Source of the DNA: Amoebidium appalachense
Taxonomy: Eukaryota > Protista > Ichthyosporea
Assembly (NCBI GenBank): GCA_963693365.1
Contig: CAVNZM010000014.1
Coordinates: 7,006,001-7,070,000 of the forward strand
DNA length: 64,000 bases
Direction of reading: 5' to 3'
Positions within the stretch are counted from its first letter, which is position 1; every line of letters starts with the position of its first letter. Positions 39,113 through 63,215 of this stretch are shown in pieces. The position numbers and the translations under genes are program-made. The notes below the pieces were generated by a model. That model did no database searches, was not told where the DNA came from, and saw only the letters and a program-made list of their open reading frames with translations.

Positions 39113-39264
39113 CATACAGTACACACACATGCATACAGTATTTGTAAACACTGTCCTGGTGTTGTTGTTTTTGTGTGTGTGTGTGCATACAGTACACACA
39201 CATGCATACAGTATTTGTAAACACTGTCCTGGTGTTGTTGGTCAAATGTCCCCAGTTTCCATCC

Positions 39265-39298
<34 letters not shown>

Positions 39299-39321
39299 CG
39301 CCTCCCCGACACACACACACA

Positions 39322-39366
<45 letters not shown>

Positions 39367-41051
39367 GTCTCTTTCTTCCCCCCCCCCCCCCCCCCCCCCC
39401 CCCCTCTCTCTCTAGACCCAATTGATGACTTGGGTCCTCCCTGAGGATGGGCTCTGCTTATGACGCATACTGTGCACATGGCTGATGTTGCATACTTGAA
39501 TGTTTGCCTTTGCATGTGTCCTTCGTGTATGCGTACTTCGTACCGTGTTCCGCATTCAAACCCCCCCAGTCTTCTTTCAGAGGTGTCCTTTCAGGACAGA
39601 CCACTGTGTGGAGACCGCTTTACTTCCATGCAACCGGGCATGGTTGCTCTGTGTCGTGCATCTGTAAGCACATACGCATTTTTGCTCTGTGTCGTGCATC
39701 TGTAAGCACATACGCATTTTTCGCTGCACTGCATTAGCTTGCACACACATCTTCACCGTTTTGCTCACCTTGCTTGCATAAGCAACCCTGCTCGTCTTTG
39801 ATCAAGACGGGTTGACCCGCCCAAGTTCAGTTGATGCTGCTGTCTGAGTTGGAGCGTCGTATATACGCGGGCTAAGGGGTCGAAATTCAGACGCAATTGA
39901 TGACTTGGGTCCTCCCTGAGGATGGGCTCTGCTTATGACGCATACTGTGCACATGGCTGATGTTGCATACTTGAATGTTTGCCTTTGCATGTGTCCTTCG
40001 TGTATGCGTACTTCGTACCGTGTTCCGCATTCAAACCCCCCCCTCTCTCTCTCTCCCCCCCTCCCCCCGCCCCCCTTTATCTCCCTAAACCCCCCCATGG
40101 CTCCTATTCCTCTGATTTAAACCTCCCACCCCCCAGCCGTGTTTCAGTTCTACCCCGAGACACCGCAACAACTTGAGCTTCTGACCCAGGCTGCCATGAA
40201 GGCTGGCTTTACGGGCGGTGTGGTGGTGGACTTCCCTAACAGCACAAAGGCTAAAAAGTAGGCAGTGTCACGTGCACACACATGCTGACTGGACGTATAC
40301 ATTCACGTGCACACACATGCTGACTGGACGTATACATTCACGTGCACATGCAGTCAGATACACGTGTGTGCGCACAAACACTTGCATGTGCATGCATATG
40401 CGGCGTGCATGTGCGTCCACAAAAGCATTTCGGTTTGGTCTTAGCATGGAGTATTCTCTTTGCTTTTGTTATGTTATTTGTTCTGCCTAGATGTGTGGCT
40501 ACTGGTGCGCTGTTTTCTGCCTCGCCACAACTTAGTACTTTTAATCAAGAGCCCTCCCCCCCTTTCCATACGATTTCTTTTTGCACATATCATTACATCT
40601 CTCCTTCAATATCTAATTCGGACTGTGTACCGCAGGCTACCCCCCCCCCCCCCCCCCCCCCACCCACCCACCCACCCACCCTCCCACCCCAAAATGATGC
40701 ACACCCTTTGCGTGTTTTTCAAAATTGCATCGTGTTGTCCGCCGTGCATGTTTACATCGGCCATTACGCAATCTGTTCTGTACCACATGCTAATTCTCCC
40801 GCCCCCCCCTTTCAGGGTATTTCTGTGTCTGTTTGCCGGCACTACTGGACAGCTGCCTAAAGGATTGGAGGGTGAACCAGAGGATGAACACACGGCACAG
40901 TTCAACGCGTAGGTGGCCCTAAATGGGGGGGGGGGGGGGGGGGGGGATGTTCAATTAGGATTTTTTGGGATCTATTGGGTGACAAGACACAACCAAATAA
41001 GGGGCAAGCAGGAGAACTGGAAACAGTCGGCCAGGTGGGCCAAGGCACGGG

Positions 41052-41095
<44 letters not shown>

Positions 41096-41209
41096 GGGGG
41101 AGGGGAGGAGGAGGAGGGGGGACTCGAATAACCGAGCATGTGTGCATTAGGAGGGCAACAGGGCTTTTCCCCCTTCTCTTGTGTTTGTGAGAACGGTTTT
41201 TTTTTTTTT

Positions 41210-41253
<44 letters not shown>

Positions 41254-41632
41254 TTAGAATGGGTTACAGAGTATGAAATACACATGCATGACGAATAATA
41301 CAATGCATATTTGCAGAGCACACATTGAAAGTACGAATCATTAAGCAGAGCCCTATCCTCAGGGGGAGAAGGTGGTGGTGATGAGGGAAGGAGGGGGGAG
41401 AGAGGGGCAGGGGGGCGGGGGGGAGAATTTGAATATAGGGCTTTTCGTGTTGCTAACACACGGGTTTATTGGCATGCAGGAGTGTGCGAGCCAAGAACCG
41501 AGGGAGGGAAAAGAAGGTGTCGGTGAAGAGCAAAGAGTGGGTGCTGAAGAAGAAGGAGAAGGCACGCAGGCAGGGCAAGGAGACACAGAACGACAGCAAG
41601 TACACGGCCAGGAAGAGAAAGCCGAGGTTCTA

Positions 41633-41633
<1 letters not shown>
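34405..41633 (+). CDS. BUD23: 18S rRNA m7G methyltransferase Bud23/WBSCR22, 9 exons
   Basis: Exons 34405-34440, 35366-35403, 36064-36136, 37033-37138, 37868-37964, 38833-38945, 40137-40257, 40816-40908 and 41480-41633. Protein: [32 protein letters not shown]...[13 protein letters not shown] (SAM motif)...[13 protein letters not shown]...VFQFYPE...[19 protein letters not shown]...[13 protein letters not shown]. Confidence 0.97.
37115..37452 (+). repeat. About 78-bp tandem repeat that copies the BUD23 exon-4 end and its splice donor, about 4.3 units
   Basis: Units begin ga(c/a/t)att/cagcccc near 37117, 37196, 37273 and 37351. Each carries gctcg followed by gtaatag or gtgagc. Confidence 0.9.
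39419..40035 (+). mobile_element. Partial-tandem (pseudo-LTR-like) copy of the structured repeat: 3' segment, spacer, longer copy
   Basis: 39419-39560 matches 39894-40035 (period 475 bp). The second copy extends 5' to about 39769. Both end in cattcaaa plus a C run. Confidence 0.85.
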
Positions 41634-41669
<36 letters not shown>

Positions 41670-41768
41670 CGTGTGTTTGCGTGTGTGTGTGTGTGTGTGT
41701 GTGTGCATGTGCGCCCGCACGTGCCCGTGCAGGTACACGTGTGTTCGTGTGGGTTTGGAGAAGGGGAG

Positions 41769-41813
<45 letters not shown>

Positions 41814-42115
41814 GAGGCTCATTAGTTGGGCTTCTTAGGCATGGGAGAGTGTGTGTCTTAAGATTTTCAAAGTGCCCGCTTGATATTTTTGAGAGGAAGA
41901 CTAAACCTTGGCTAGGGTGTATGGCATGCTATAGTGCAAGGTGAATGCGCGAATGACTGATCACAACTGTATAAATCTTTAGGTGGGTGGGAGGATGTGT
42001 ATTTGTCTTGGATGTTTTCTTTCGTCTTTTTTTTTTTTGCGTGTGGAGGAGAGGGGAGGGTGATGTGTGCATTGGAGGGTTGGTGAGGGGTGGTGGTGGT
42101 GGTGGTGGTGGGGGT

Positions 42116-42147
<32 letters not shown>

Positions 42148-43040
42148 GAGGAGGGGGAGGGAGCAAAGGAGACATGATTTTCTGTACGAATCTTTAATAC
42201 ACTTGAGACGGTATTCACATTGTAGCGGTTTAAATCTTTGGCCGGCCTGGTGCCTGGCATCCGTAGAAAATAAAGAAACCTACTTTTTACACAAAGAAGA
42301 GAGAGGTGAAGTCAAGACAATTGCAAAAAGAACATCTTTAGGTTTTTGCAGAACAAATTTTTTTAAAACTCACTATTAAACAATTAGAGTGGTGTTCCAT
42401 TTGTTGACCTAGGTAGGTGCTTGTGTTTGGTATGTTTGGGTATCAGTGAAGAAAGATGGGGGGTAACCGGTGTGGTCAGTCGATCAGGAAGAGTCGAGGT
42501 GAGGGGATAACAGACTCTAACTCAGCTGCTGATGTCGTGGTGGGAGGGAGAGGGATAAAGGTGAGGGGAGGGAGAGGGGGCGGGGGGGGGGGGGGGGGGA
42601 GGGGGGAGAGAGGGGAGGGGGGAGGGAGGGAAAGGAGAGAGAGAGGGAGGGGGGAGGGACGGAGAAACCGACACAGAAAGAATATGGGTTGGAGGGGGAG
42701 AGAGAGAGCGGGGGAGGGGGGGGGGGGGGGGGAAGGGGAGGGGTTTGGAGGGGAGGGAGGGGGGCAGGGAGAGAGAGAGAGAGAGATACAGAGAGAGAGA
42801 GGACGCGGGCGAAAGAGAGCGGAGAGAGAGAGATTGGGAGGGAGAGGGGGGGGGAAGAGAGAGAGAGAGAGAGAAAGAGTGAGTGAGTGAGTGTTTGTGT
42901 GTGTGTGTGACAGTGTGTGTGTGTGTATTTGTGTACGTGTGTATATTCGAGTTGTGGGTGCAAGTTTGTGTATAGCGATGAGAGCTGCACTAATAAGGCA
43001 GTTCCCCCCCCCCTGCCCCCCTATCTCCTTCGATCTACGC

Positions 43041-44051
43041 CTACATGGTTGCGCCCATCACCGTGGTAGCATAAAGCTCGAGCAGTCTGTGTGTGTCGAC
43101 CCCCACACAGATATCCAGCAGTCTGTGTGTGTCGACCCCCACACAGATATCCACCAGGGGACCTTGCCACATGTTCTTGGGCGACTCCTGCCTCCTGTCT
43201 GCTACCGTCATGCCGTGGGCTATACCCCCGACTGCTACACGCACGCGGTGACGCGTTACTTTAAACAGCGTTGGGTCGATAACATACGCCACGGCCGTCG
43301 GATCGTGTGTGTGGAGTATTCTCTCACCGTAGGCCTCCTCGTGGAAGTTAAAGTAGCCTACAACTGCCTTGGAAATCGCATCCGTGTACGTGTTTTTGGC
43401 CTGTGCAAGCCGGGCGATGAATGCCTCATTCATCACCACCTGCATGGTCACATCCAGTCCCACCATCACCACTGGCCACGGGGCACGGAACACAACATCG
43501 GCAGCGGCAGGGTCATTGTGGATGTTTGCCTCGGCAACCGGACTCACATTCCCGGGAGCAAGCATGGTGCCACCCATGAGCACCACCCTCTTCACGTGAT
43601 GCGCTATTTTGGGCTCTTGCTGGTACGCAAGTGCTATATTTGTCAGTGGGCCAAGGGGCACCAGGGTCACCTCACCAGGCCTAGCCATGATAGTGTCGAT
43701 GATAAACTGTGCGGCGCTCTTCTCTATGGGTGAGGTCTTAGGTTGGCCCTCTGCCAGGCCAGCATCACCCAGCCCATCATCCCCATGCACAAAGGTGGCG
43801 GGGGTTTCAAACTTGTCTTTGCCCAAGGGTGCACCGGCACCACGTGCCACGGGTATGTCGCTCCTTCCAGCACGTTCGAGAAGAAGCAGGGCATTGCGCG
43901 TGGTTTCGTCGATGTAGTGGTTGCCAAATACGGTAGTTAGGCCAAAAACCTCAACGGAGGGGGAGGCGAGGGCGAGGTAGATGGCCATCAGGTCATCGAT
44001 GCCTGGGTCCGTGTCGATGATGAGCACCTCGCGCGTGCTTTGGGGTTGCAT
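43041..44051 (-). CDS. Inosine-uridine-preferring-family nucleoside hydrolase, intronless, 336 aa
   Basis: Single ORF with the N-terminal DTDPGIDD metal-binding motif, TTVFGN, VHGDDGLG, LGPLTNIA, AEANIHNDPAAA, VGLDVT and HDP. Confidence 0.95.
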   Translation of the reverse strand: MQPQSTREVLIIDTDPGIDDLMAIYLALASPSVEVFGLTTVFGNHYIDETTRNALLLLERAGRSDIPVARGAGAPLGKDKFETPATFVHGDDGLGDAGLAEGQPKTSPIEKSAAQFIIDTIMARPGEVTLVPLGPLTNIALAYQQEPKIAHHVKRVVLMGGTMLAPGNVSPVAEANIHNDPAAADVVFRAPWPVVMVGLDVTMQVVMNEAFIARLAQAKNTYTDAISKAVVGYFNFHEEAYGERILHTHDPTAVAYVIDPTLFKVTRHRVRVAVGGIAHGMTVADRRQESPKNMWQGPLVDICVGVDTHRLLDICVGVDTHRLLELYATTVMGATM

Positions 44052-45324
44052 CTTGGGTTGTATAAGTATTTCGTGTGTTTACTTATAAGAGAAGAAAGAG
44101 GCAGGAAGATATATAACAGTGAAGTGGAAATAAGACGAAAGGCGCAAGTTAGCAAAGTTTGGGAAGGTTGAGTTTTGGGGCGTCAAAGTTTTGAACGGAA
44201 CTCTGACGGAAGGTGTTTATATAGTCTAGCAGGCAACCAATCATTTTTCGTTTTCATATGTCGACATTCCCCCTATACTCACTTTCATTGAACCGAATTC
44301 GCTTTAACTGTTTTATAAATGTAGGTAAATCGCTTTATAAAAAGCTTATATTCCAAATCAAGAGTAAATTTTTATCTTTTGGCTAAACGGCAGAAGTTAT
44401 TTGGCTAGAGCATACGAAAAATAGATAACTAGCCTTATAGATTTATTTTTCCGGATACAAAATTTCAACTTAGAACCCGCCACCCTTTTAATCTGTAGAT
44501 CTAGAAGCAAGAAGCCACATAAGCCAATCGTTTCTCAGAAAAGCCCCCGTTTTGCATTCCGGCATGCCCAAACAAGGCGATTTGCATAGTCGATTTCTAT
44601 TTTGATTAGCGTTATATCACGCATCTATCTGCCGAAGATAAACTTGCTGCGCAAATCATATCGCTTCTTGCATTTCGAATCAAGCCTAGGAACCCTTTCG
44701 GGTCGGGTTTTGGGGCTCATGGGCCAAAGTTCCTCTGAGGCTCTACGATGATTCACAGCTGAAAACTCAGAAAAATGTATCACTGTGTTTTCAAGTATCA
44801 TGTGGGATGAACGGGTATTTCATGTGGTAACCAGATGCCTTAAAGTGGCGAGTGAACATATGCATAATGCTGATCTAATGCTTTTTCTGGCCCTATAACA
44901 CTTATGTTTGTGCCCTTGGTTATGGAATAATCATAATCAATCTGGTCCGCAGACATTTGGTGCTTGGTTCCGATTGCAAGCACACAATCGAGTCTCTTAT
45001 TCCCAGGTGAAACGAAGAATCTACTGCAACATTTGAATCACAGTTGTAAGAACCAGCGACAAACAGCATCCAAAACCTACAGCCGCACGGACACACACAT
45101 ACATCCTTTGATACACACCCTCCCATCACACGTTGAGGGTAGGAAACACAGAGGATCTCCTCACATAGCAACCCAAAGTGCCTGTCTAAACCCCATGTAG
45201 CCACAGCGCCGGGGTATGGGTCCCTTCGGGCCACCCCAGGCCTTTTAAATGCACCTCAAATCAAATCAAATGAATCCAGTCACTCATGATTAGAACTTAA
45301 AAGGTGCTGGAAATTTGAACGAAA

Positions 45325-58098
<12,774 letters not shown>

Positions 58099-58714
58099 CA
58101 TGCCTGGATCTAGATTTAGATCTAGATCTACATCCAGATTAGATTGAATCGAGATCTGTGGTTTTTTGCTGGGGTCTCCCGGGCATGTGTCATTACTGAA
58201 GGTTGCCCCAATCATATTCCTAGCTTGCTTCTGATGTACACCAAACCCCTAACAGTATGCCGCACACACACACACACACACACACACACGGGCACACGTA
58301 CACATACACACGCAAGGGCGCAGGCGTGCAGGCTTAATCGGCACATCCACCACACACACACACACACACAGACACAAACTTTTCTCCTGCCTTTCCCCAT
58401 GTGCACATGTACATTTTTCTTCACACGCATTCTGCTGGTGTTTCTTTAACACGTGTTACAAGATTTTTTCTGTTTGTAGAAACCACCACCCGCCACACCC
58501 ATCGCCCGTAAGTGAAGTAACATAGGAATTGCTGTGTGACATATTTGCTCTGTCGTTGGTGTAGATAAGGTTTACTGCACCTAAAAACTGGATCTAGCCA
58601 ATAGGAAATGCGAGTTAAAAAGTAAACTCTTGTAACAAGCATGTAACTCTGAAGGCACGTGTAGGCTTACAGGATGATGTCTTGTCTCGTAATTGTGGCA
58701 TATATGCTCAGTGC

Positions 58715-58786
<72 letters not shown>

Positions 58787-59047
58787 CACATGCACACACA
58801 TGCACACGCACGCACACTGTACTGCACACATAGGCGCACATGCACACACATACACACTGTACCGCGCGCGCACGCGCACACACACACACACACACACACA
58901 CAGTGTATACACACACACACACACAGTGTATTTCCAATTCTGGCAGCAAATGGTTTATATGATTGCCAAGTAAAAATCCAGAATGTTCAAAAGTTCACTT
59001 CAACTCCCCCTTCCCCTCCCCCCCCCCCCCCCCCCCCCCCCCCTCCT

Positions 59048-59462
59048 ATATAGTTAGGAACTCAGGAGACGGGGCTTCTAGGAAGCTCCCCCGTCGATAC
59101 CTAAGTCGATACTTCCCTGGCTAACATACTACACCAGCTGAAAAGAATTAAGTCCCGAAGGCCGCAGAATTCGCAATCAGAGGGGAAAATATGAGATTTG
59201 ACCCACGCCGCAGGGTAGTAACACGCTTACTAGGGCGGGGGCATAGCTTTCCGTTCGAAGACGATAAAGTTCCGCCCTAGTAAGCGTGTTACTACCCTGC
59301 GGCGTGGGTCAAATCTCATATTTTCCCCTCTGATTGCGAATTCTGCGGCCTTCGGGACTTAATTCTTTTCAGCTGGTGTAGTATGTTAGCCAGGGAAGTA
59401 TCGACTTAGGTATCGACGGGGGAGCTTCCTAGAAGCCCCGTCTCCTGAGTTCCTAACTATAT
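59048..59462. mobile_element. Foldback/MITE-like perfect inverted repeat (191-bp arms, 33-nt spacer)
   Basis: 59048-59238 is the reverse complement of 59272-59462 with no mismatch seen. The ends can be read as TA|TAGTTAGG...CCTAACTA|TA (possible TA TSD). Confidence 0.85.
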
Positions 59463-59516
59463 TTTTCTTGCTTCTGCTTACTGCTGCAACTTTAACCCCC
59501 GGCCTTTCCCACTGCC

Positions 59517-59763
59517 CTTGCCTGCATAAGCAACCCTGCTCGTGTCTGATCAAGACGGGTGACCTACTCATGTTCAAGTGAAACAGTATCTGAGTTGGGT
59601 TTCGTTAAGGAGGGGAATAGGTCGAAACTCGGGTACTGTGGATGACGTGGCCCCCCCTGAGGATGGGCTCTGCTTATTATGCATACTCTTTATGTATGGC
59701 TTGCATTCTGCATCGTGTTATCCGTTTGTTCTTGTGTACTTCGTACTTTTTGACGCATTCAAA
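59517..59763 (+). mobile_element. Divergent long copy (second subfamily) of the structured repeat
   Basis: Shares cttgc.tgcataagcaaccctgctcgt, gatcaagacgggt, tctgagttgg, ggtcgaaa, ccctgaggatgggctctgcttat, gtacttcgtac and gcattcaaa+C run with 39769-40035. The stems differ in sequence. Confidence 0.85.
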
Positions 59764-61089
59764 CCCCCCCCCCCCCCCCTTCCATTCCTTCCCTCGCCCC
59801 TTCCCCCCCCCCCCCCCCCCACCCCCACCCTCCCACGACGCGTAAGCTTCCCCAAGGGCAACCAACATACATATGCATGCACAACCACGTGGTGGGGTTT
59901 ACGGGTATATGTGGCTGTGACGGCAGACACACAGCATAGGATAGCCGGCACGTGCATCCATGCCCACGTGCAATGCCATGCATGACGTATGCATGGCCTG
60001 GGCCTGTCACCAACTTGGACATGCTCGTGCTACAAGATGCAGAATCCAAAATGGCCTCACCCACCGTATAGTCTCCAGGGCTTTGTACCCGCTGGCTTAC
60101 GTAAGTGGCTGGGCCCTACTACGCTGCGGGATGTCGCCTGCGGCAACATAAAAAAAAAAAGAAGAAGAAGAAGAAGAAGAAGAAGAAGGAGAGGCCGCGC
60201 AGGGAGACAGCACTCAGAGTAACTACCCACCACAGTCCTAGTATGGCAGGGATACCTATATAGCTCCTTTTTTTGCTGTTGTTTTATTAAAAAGAAAAAA
60301 TATTGCGTGCCAAAACTTCCAGCTCAAATTTCCATATTTGGCTAATCAGTGCAATCGTGCGCGGATATATTAGTTCATACGTTTTTATTTTTTTGAGAAT
60401 GCAATATCCCACTTTTTTGGTTGTTTTTATACAGGCAGATACAGTGGCTGTCATGTTCGAATTCACCCACCGGGGTACGTACGTAGCTGAACACCGTGCA
60501 CACGTACGTGGTATTACAAAATATTATAACCCAGGCCTGAGCATGCCCGGCCAGAACTCGATTGGAAGCTTACTGGTGGGCTTACATGTGTGCGTGCCCG
60601 TGCCTGTGCATGTGTGTTTGTGTGTGTGTGTGCGCGTGTGTGTGTGCATGTGTGGGCCCGGCGTGCTTGTGTGTTTGTGTACGTACGTGTGCGCACGTGC
60701 ACACTTGCAGGGGGATCGTTGTCTTAAACTCTATGACAAATCCCGCTAGCGCACACATTGGTCACAGTCACATGTGGCCTTTCTATTGGTCAAATAAACC
60801 GGGTTAGGTACATGACTCTTGTTCCCGGACCATACACATCATGAGTCTCGGTTGTGTGCACGTGTTCAACACTTCGCATGTGTGCTTGTCGGAGAATACT
60901 CACTCCGTGTTAACAACATCGAGGGGTTTATTAATGAAGAGATGGTGCAAGTGCAATCATACACATCTTACAAGCCGGCATCATAACAATACAAAATACA
61001 TTATTCACGGGAATTTGGCCCTCCACAATCACCATTTTAAAATTCGCAGACATCTATCCATCAGCTATCTAAGATTTACCTCTGCATAT

Positions 61090-61720
61090 TTAAGGGACAC
61101 ATTTATACAGACGTGCCAGATATCTTATCAGTAGGGTCCCCTGCCGACCTAGAGGGGGGTCTGTGTAATTTAGTGATCGGTACAGCCTTTGTGCCCTCGA
61201 TTCAAGCTCGCTTTTGTTCTGCATCCTTTGCTCAAATGAGGGCTTTAACAGCTCTGACACATCTTCCTCCGTCTCGATCGTCTTTTTAAACCTTTCAGAA
61301 ATTATCACCAACCCCACTATCAAACCACACGCCACCGCAACGACCCCTAACCCGATTCCAATTTTGGCCCCCTGACTTAGACCCCCACTTTGGCTTTGTG
61401 AAATTTCGCCCGCTTCGTTGGAACCCCCCACTTCTTGTCCCTCAATGGTTCCCCCATCTCTTCCCCCGGCTGGTACGCCGGTTGGTGTGGCGGAAGGGGT
61501 GGGGGTTTGTTGTGAATCCGAAATTGGCCTTGAGGGGGTTTGTATGCTCGTTTGGGTGGTGGTAGAGGGGTTGACGTTTAGGGAGACACTGTCGAAATAC
61601 ACTATGGCCTTGACGCTGGAGAGCTCTAGGGAGACATTAAATGACGTCACGTGTTGGTCTGGGGTGACGTTGAAGTAGCTGTGGTGCCACCTGCCTGCCT
61701 GTGTCGGTCTGAACCCCATG

Positions 61721-61761
<41 letters not shown>

Positions 61762-61802
61762 CGTGCGTGTGTGCGTGCGTGTGTGTGTGTGTGTGGTTTG
61801 CA

Positions 61803-61842
<40 letters not shown>

Positions 61843-61849
61843 GTTTGCG

Positions 61850-61883
<34 letters not shown>

Positions 61884-61890
61884 GTTTGCG

Positions 61891-61950
<60 letters not shown>

Positions 61951-61981
61951 CGTGTGTGCCGGGGGGGGGGAAGGGGGGGGG

Positions 61982-62045
<64 letters not shown>

Positions 62046-63038
62046 GTGGTTTTTATGAACACGGTTAGTATTGGACAGAATTTACCAATTGCAAAGAGAC
62101 ATTACAGTATCACGGGGAAGGACGAATGAGGGGGAGCAGACGTTTCTAACACGCAACAGGGCAAAAACGAAAGGGTAGCATTGCTGGGCGGTGTTAAGTC
62201 CAGAGAGGTATGGTGGTGCGGGTGTGGTGTGCTTGGTGGTGCTGTGGTTGGTTCGGATTGGGGTTGGAAAGTGGGCGTCGGGGGGAAGGCAAGGGCGGGA
62301 GAGGGCAGCGGGGAGGGCGTGAGAGAGAGGTTGGGGGAGGAGGAGCCGGGGGGAGGGGGCTCGAGGGGGGGGGGGGGGGGGGGGGGGGTTTGGCTGTGAG
62401 AGTTGGAGTTGGATTGATTGATATTTGGTCGGTAATGGGCGGAAACGGTTTGGTAGCAAAGACTAAACCAGACGTTTTCATGCCCCGTCGTCCACCTCGT
62501 CGTTCTCTGAGAAACTAGCGTTGAAAATTTGACAGTATGAGACAAAAGCCCCAAATCCGACAATTTCAGTCCGCCAGCAGGCTTGATTTCGGCCGATCTG
62601 ATCGATCGGATCACCCCCATTTTTAAGCCAAAATTTATCCCCCGAGTCACAAACAGGTGCTAGGGTTAGAGGGTGTGTGCTCTCACCTTGTGCTCCGTGG
62701 TGCCGTTGGCCAGTGTGATGTACAGGTGCAGGGCATATCGATTAGCCTTATCGGGAAGTGGGAATGCATTCTTATTGGCTCGTGTCCAGGCCCCCACCTG
62801 GATAGTGCCTTGGATCCCCCCCGGATAATTCACGGCCTGCCACGCACCTATATAGGACCCCCCCCTCCAAAAGATCAGAAATGGATGTGGAAGGGATCGG
62901 GGGAAATGGAGGCGTGGGGGGGAGGGGGGGGTTGTTGGGTGCTTTTTTTTTTGCATGTGGAGTGATGAAGAAGAAAAGGCAATGTGGGGCTCATGACGAG
63001 ATGGAAGGTGAGTGGTTGATAGGACGAGGTGGTGGTAG

Positions 63039-63116
<78 letters not shown>

Positions 63117-63146
63117 AGGTGAATGGTTGATAGGACGATGTGGTGG

Positions 63147-63215
<69 letters not shown>

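Noticed and set aside
39841-39895. tRNA-SINE A/B boxes (TGTCTGAGTTGG, GGTCGAAA) or RNase P P4-like GTCTGAG/TTCAGAC
   Set aside because: There is no cloverleaf or other RNase P conserved region. The two motifs pair with each other and change compensatorily in copy B, which a stem explains better.
39882-39937. Canonical type I/II/III hammerhead
   Set aside because: No GAAA follows the CTGAGGA hairpin, and only 30 nt separate GAAA from CTGA, too little for stems III and I as local hairpins. Only the non-canonical topology fits.
39893-39967. Box C/D snoRNA reading of the repeat (TGATGA...CTGA...CTGA with gcaa/ttgc stem)
   Set aside because: The terminal CTGA is missing in the divergent copy (59517-59763) and in the 31446 copy. 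The element is also dispersed, 5'-truncated and present antisense or intergenic, unlike an intronic snoRNA.
42891-43733. 280-aa plus-strand ORF
   Set aside because: It is the antisense shadow of the nucleoside hydrolase, with no recognisable motifs.
62420-62660. Unique intronic island, possible MITE
   Set aside because: No TIR, TSD or second copy is visible in the window.
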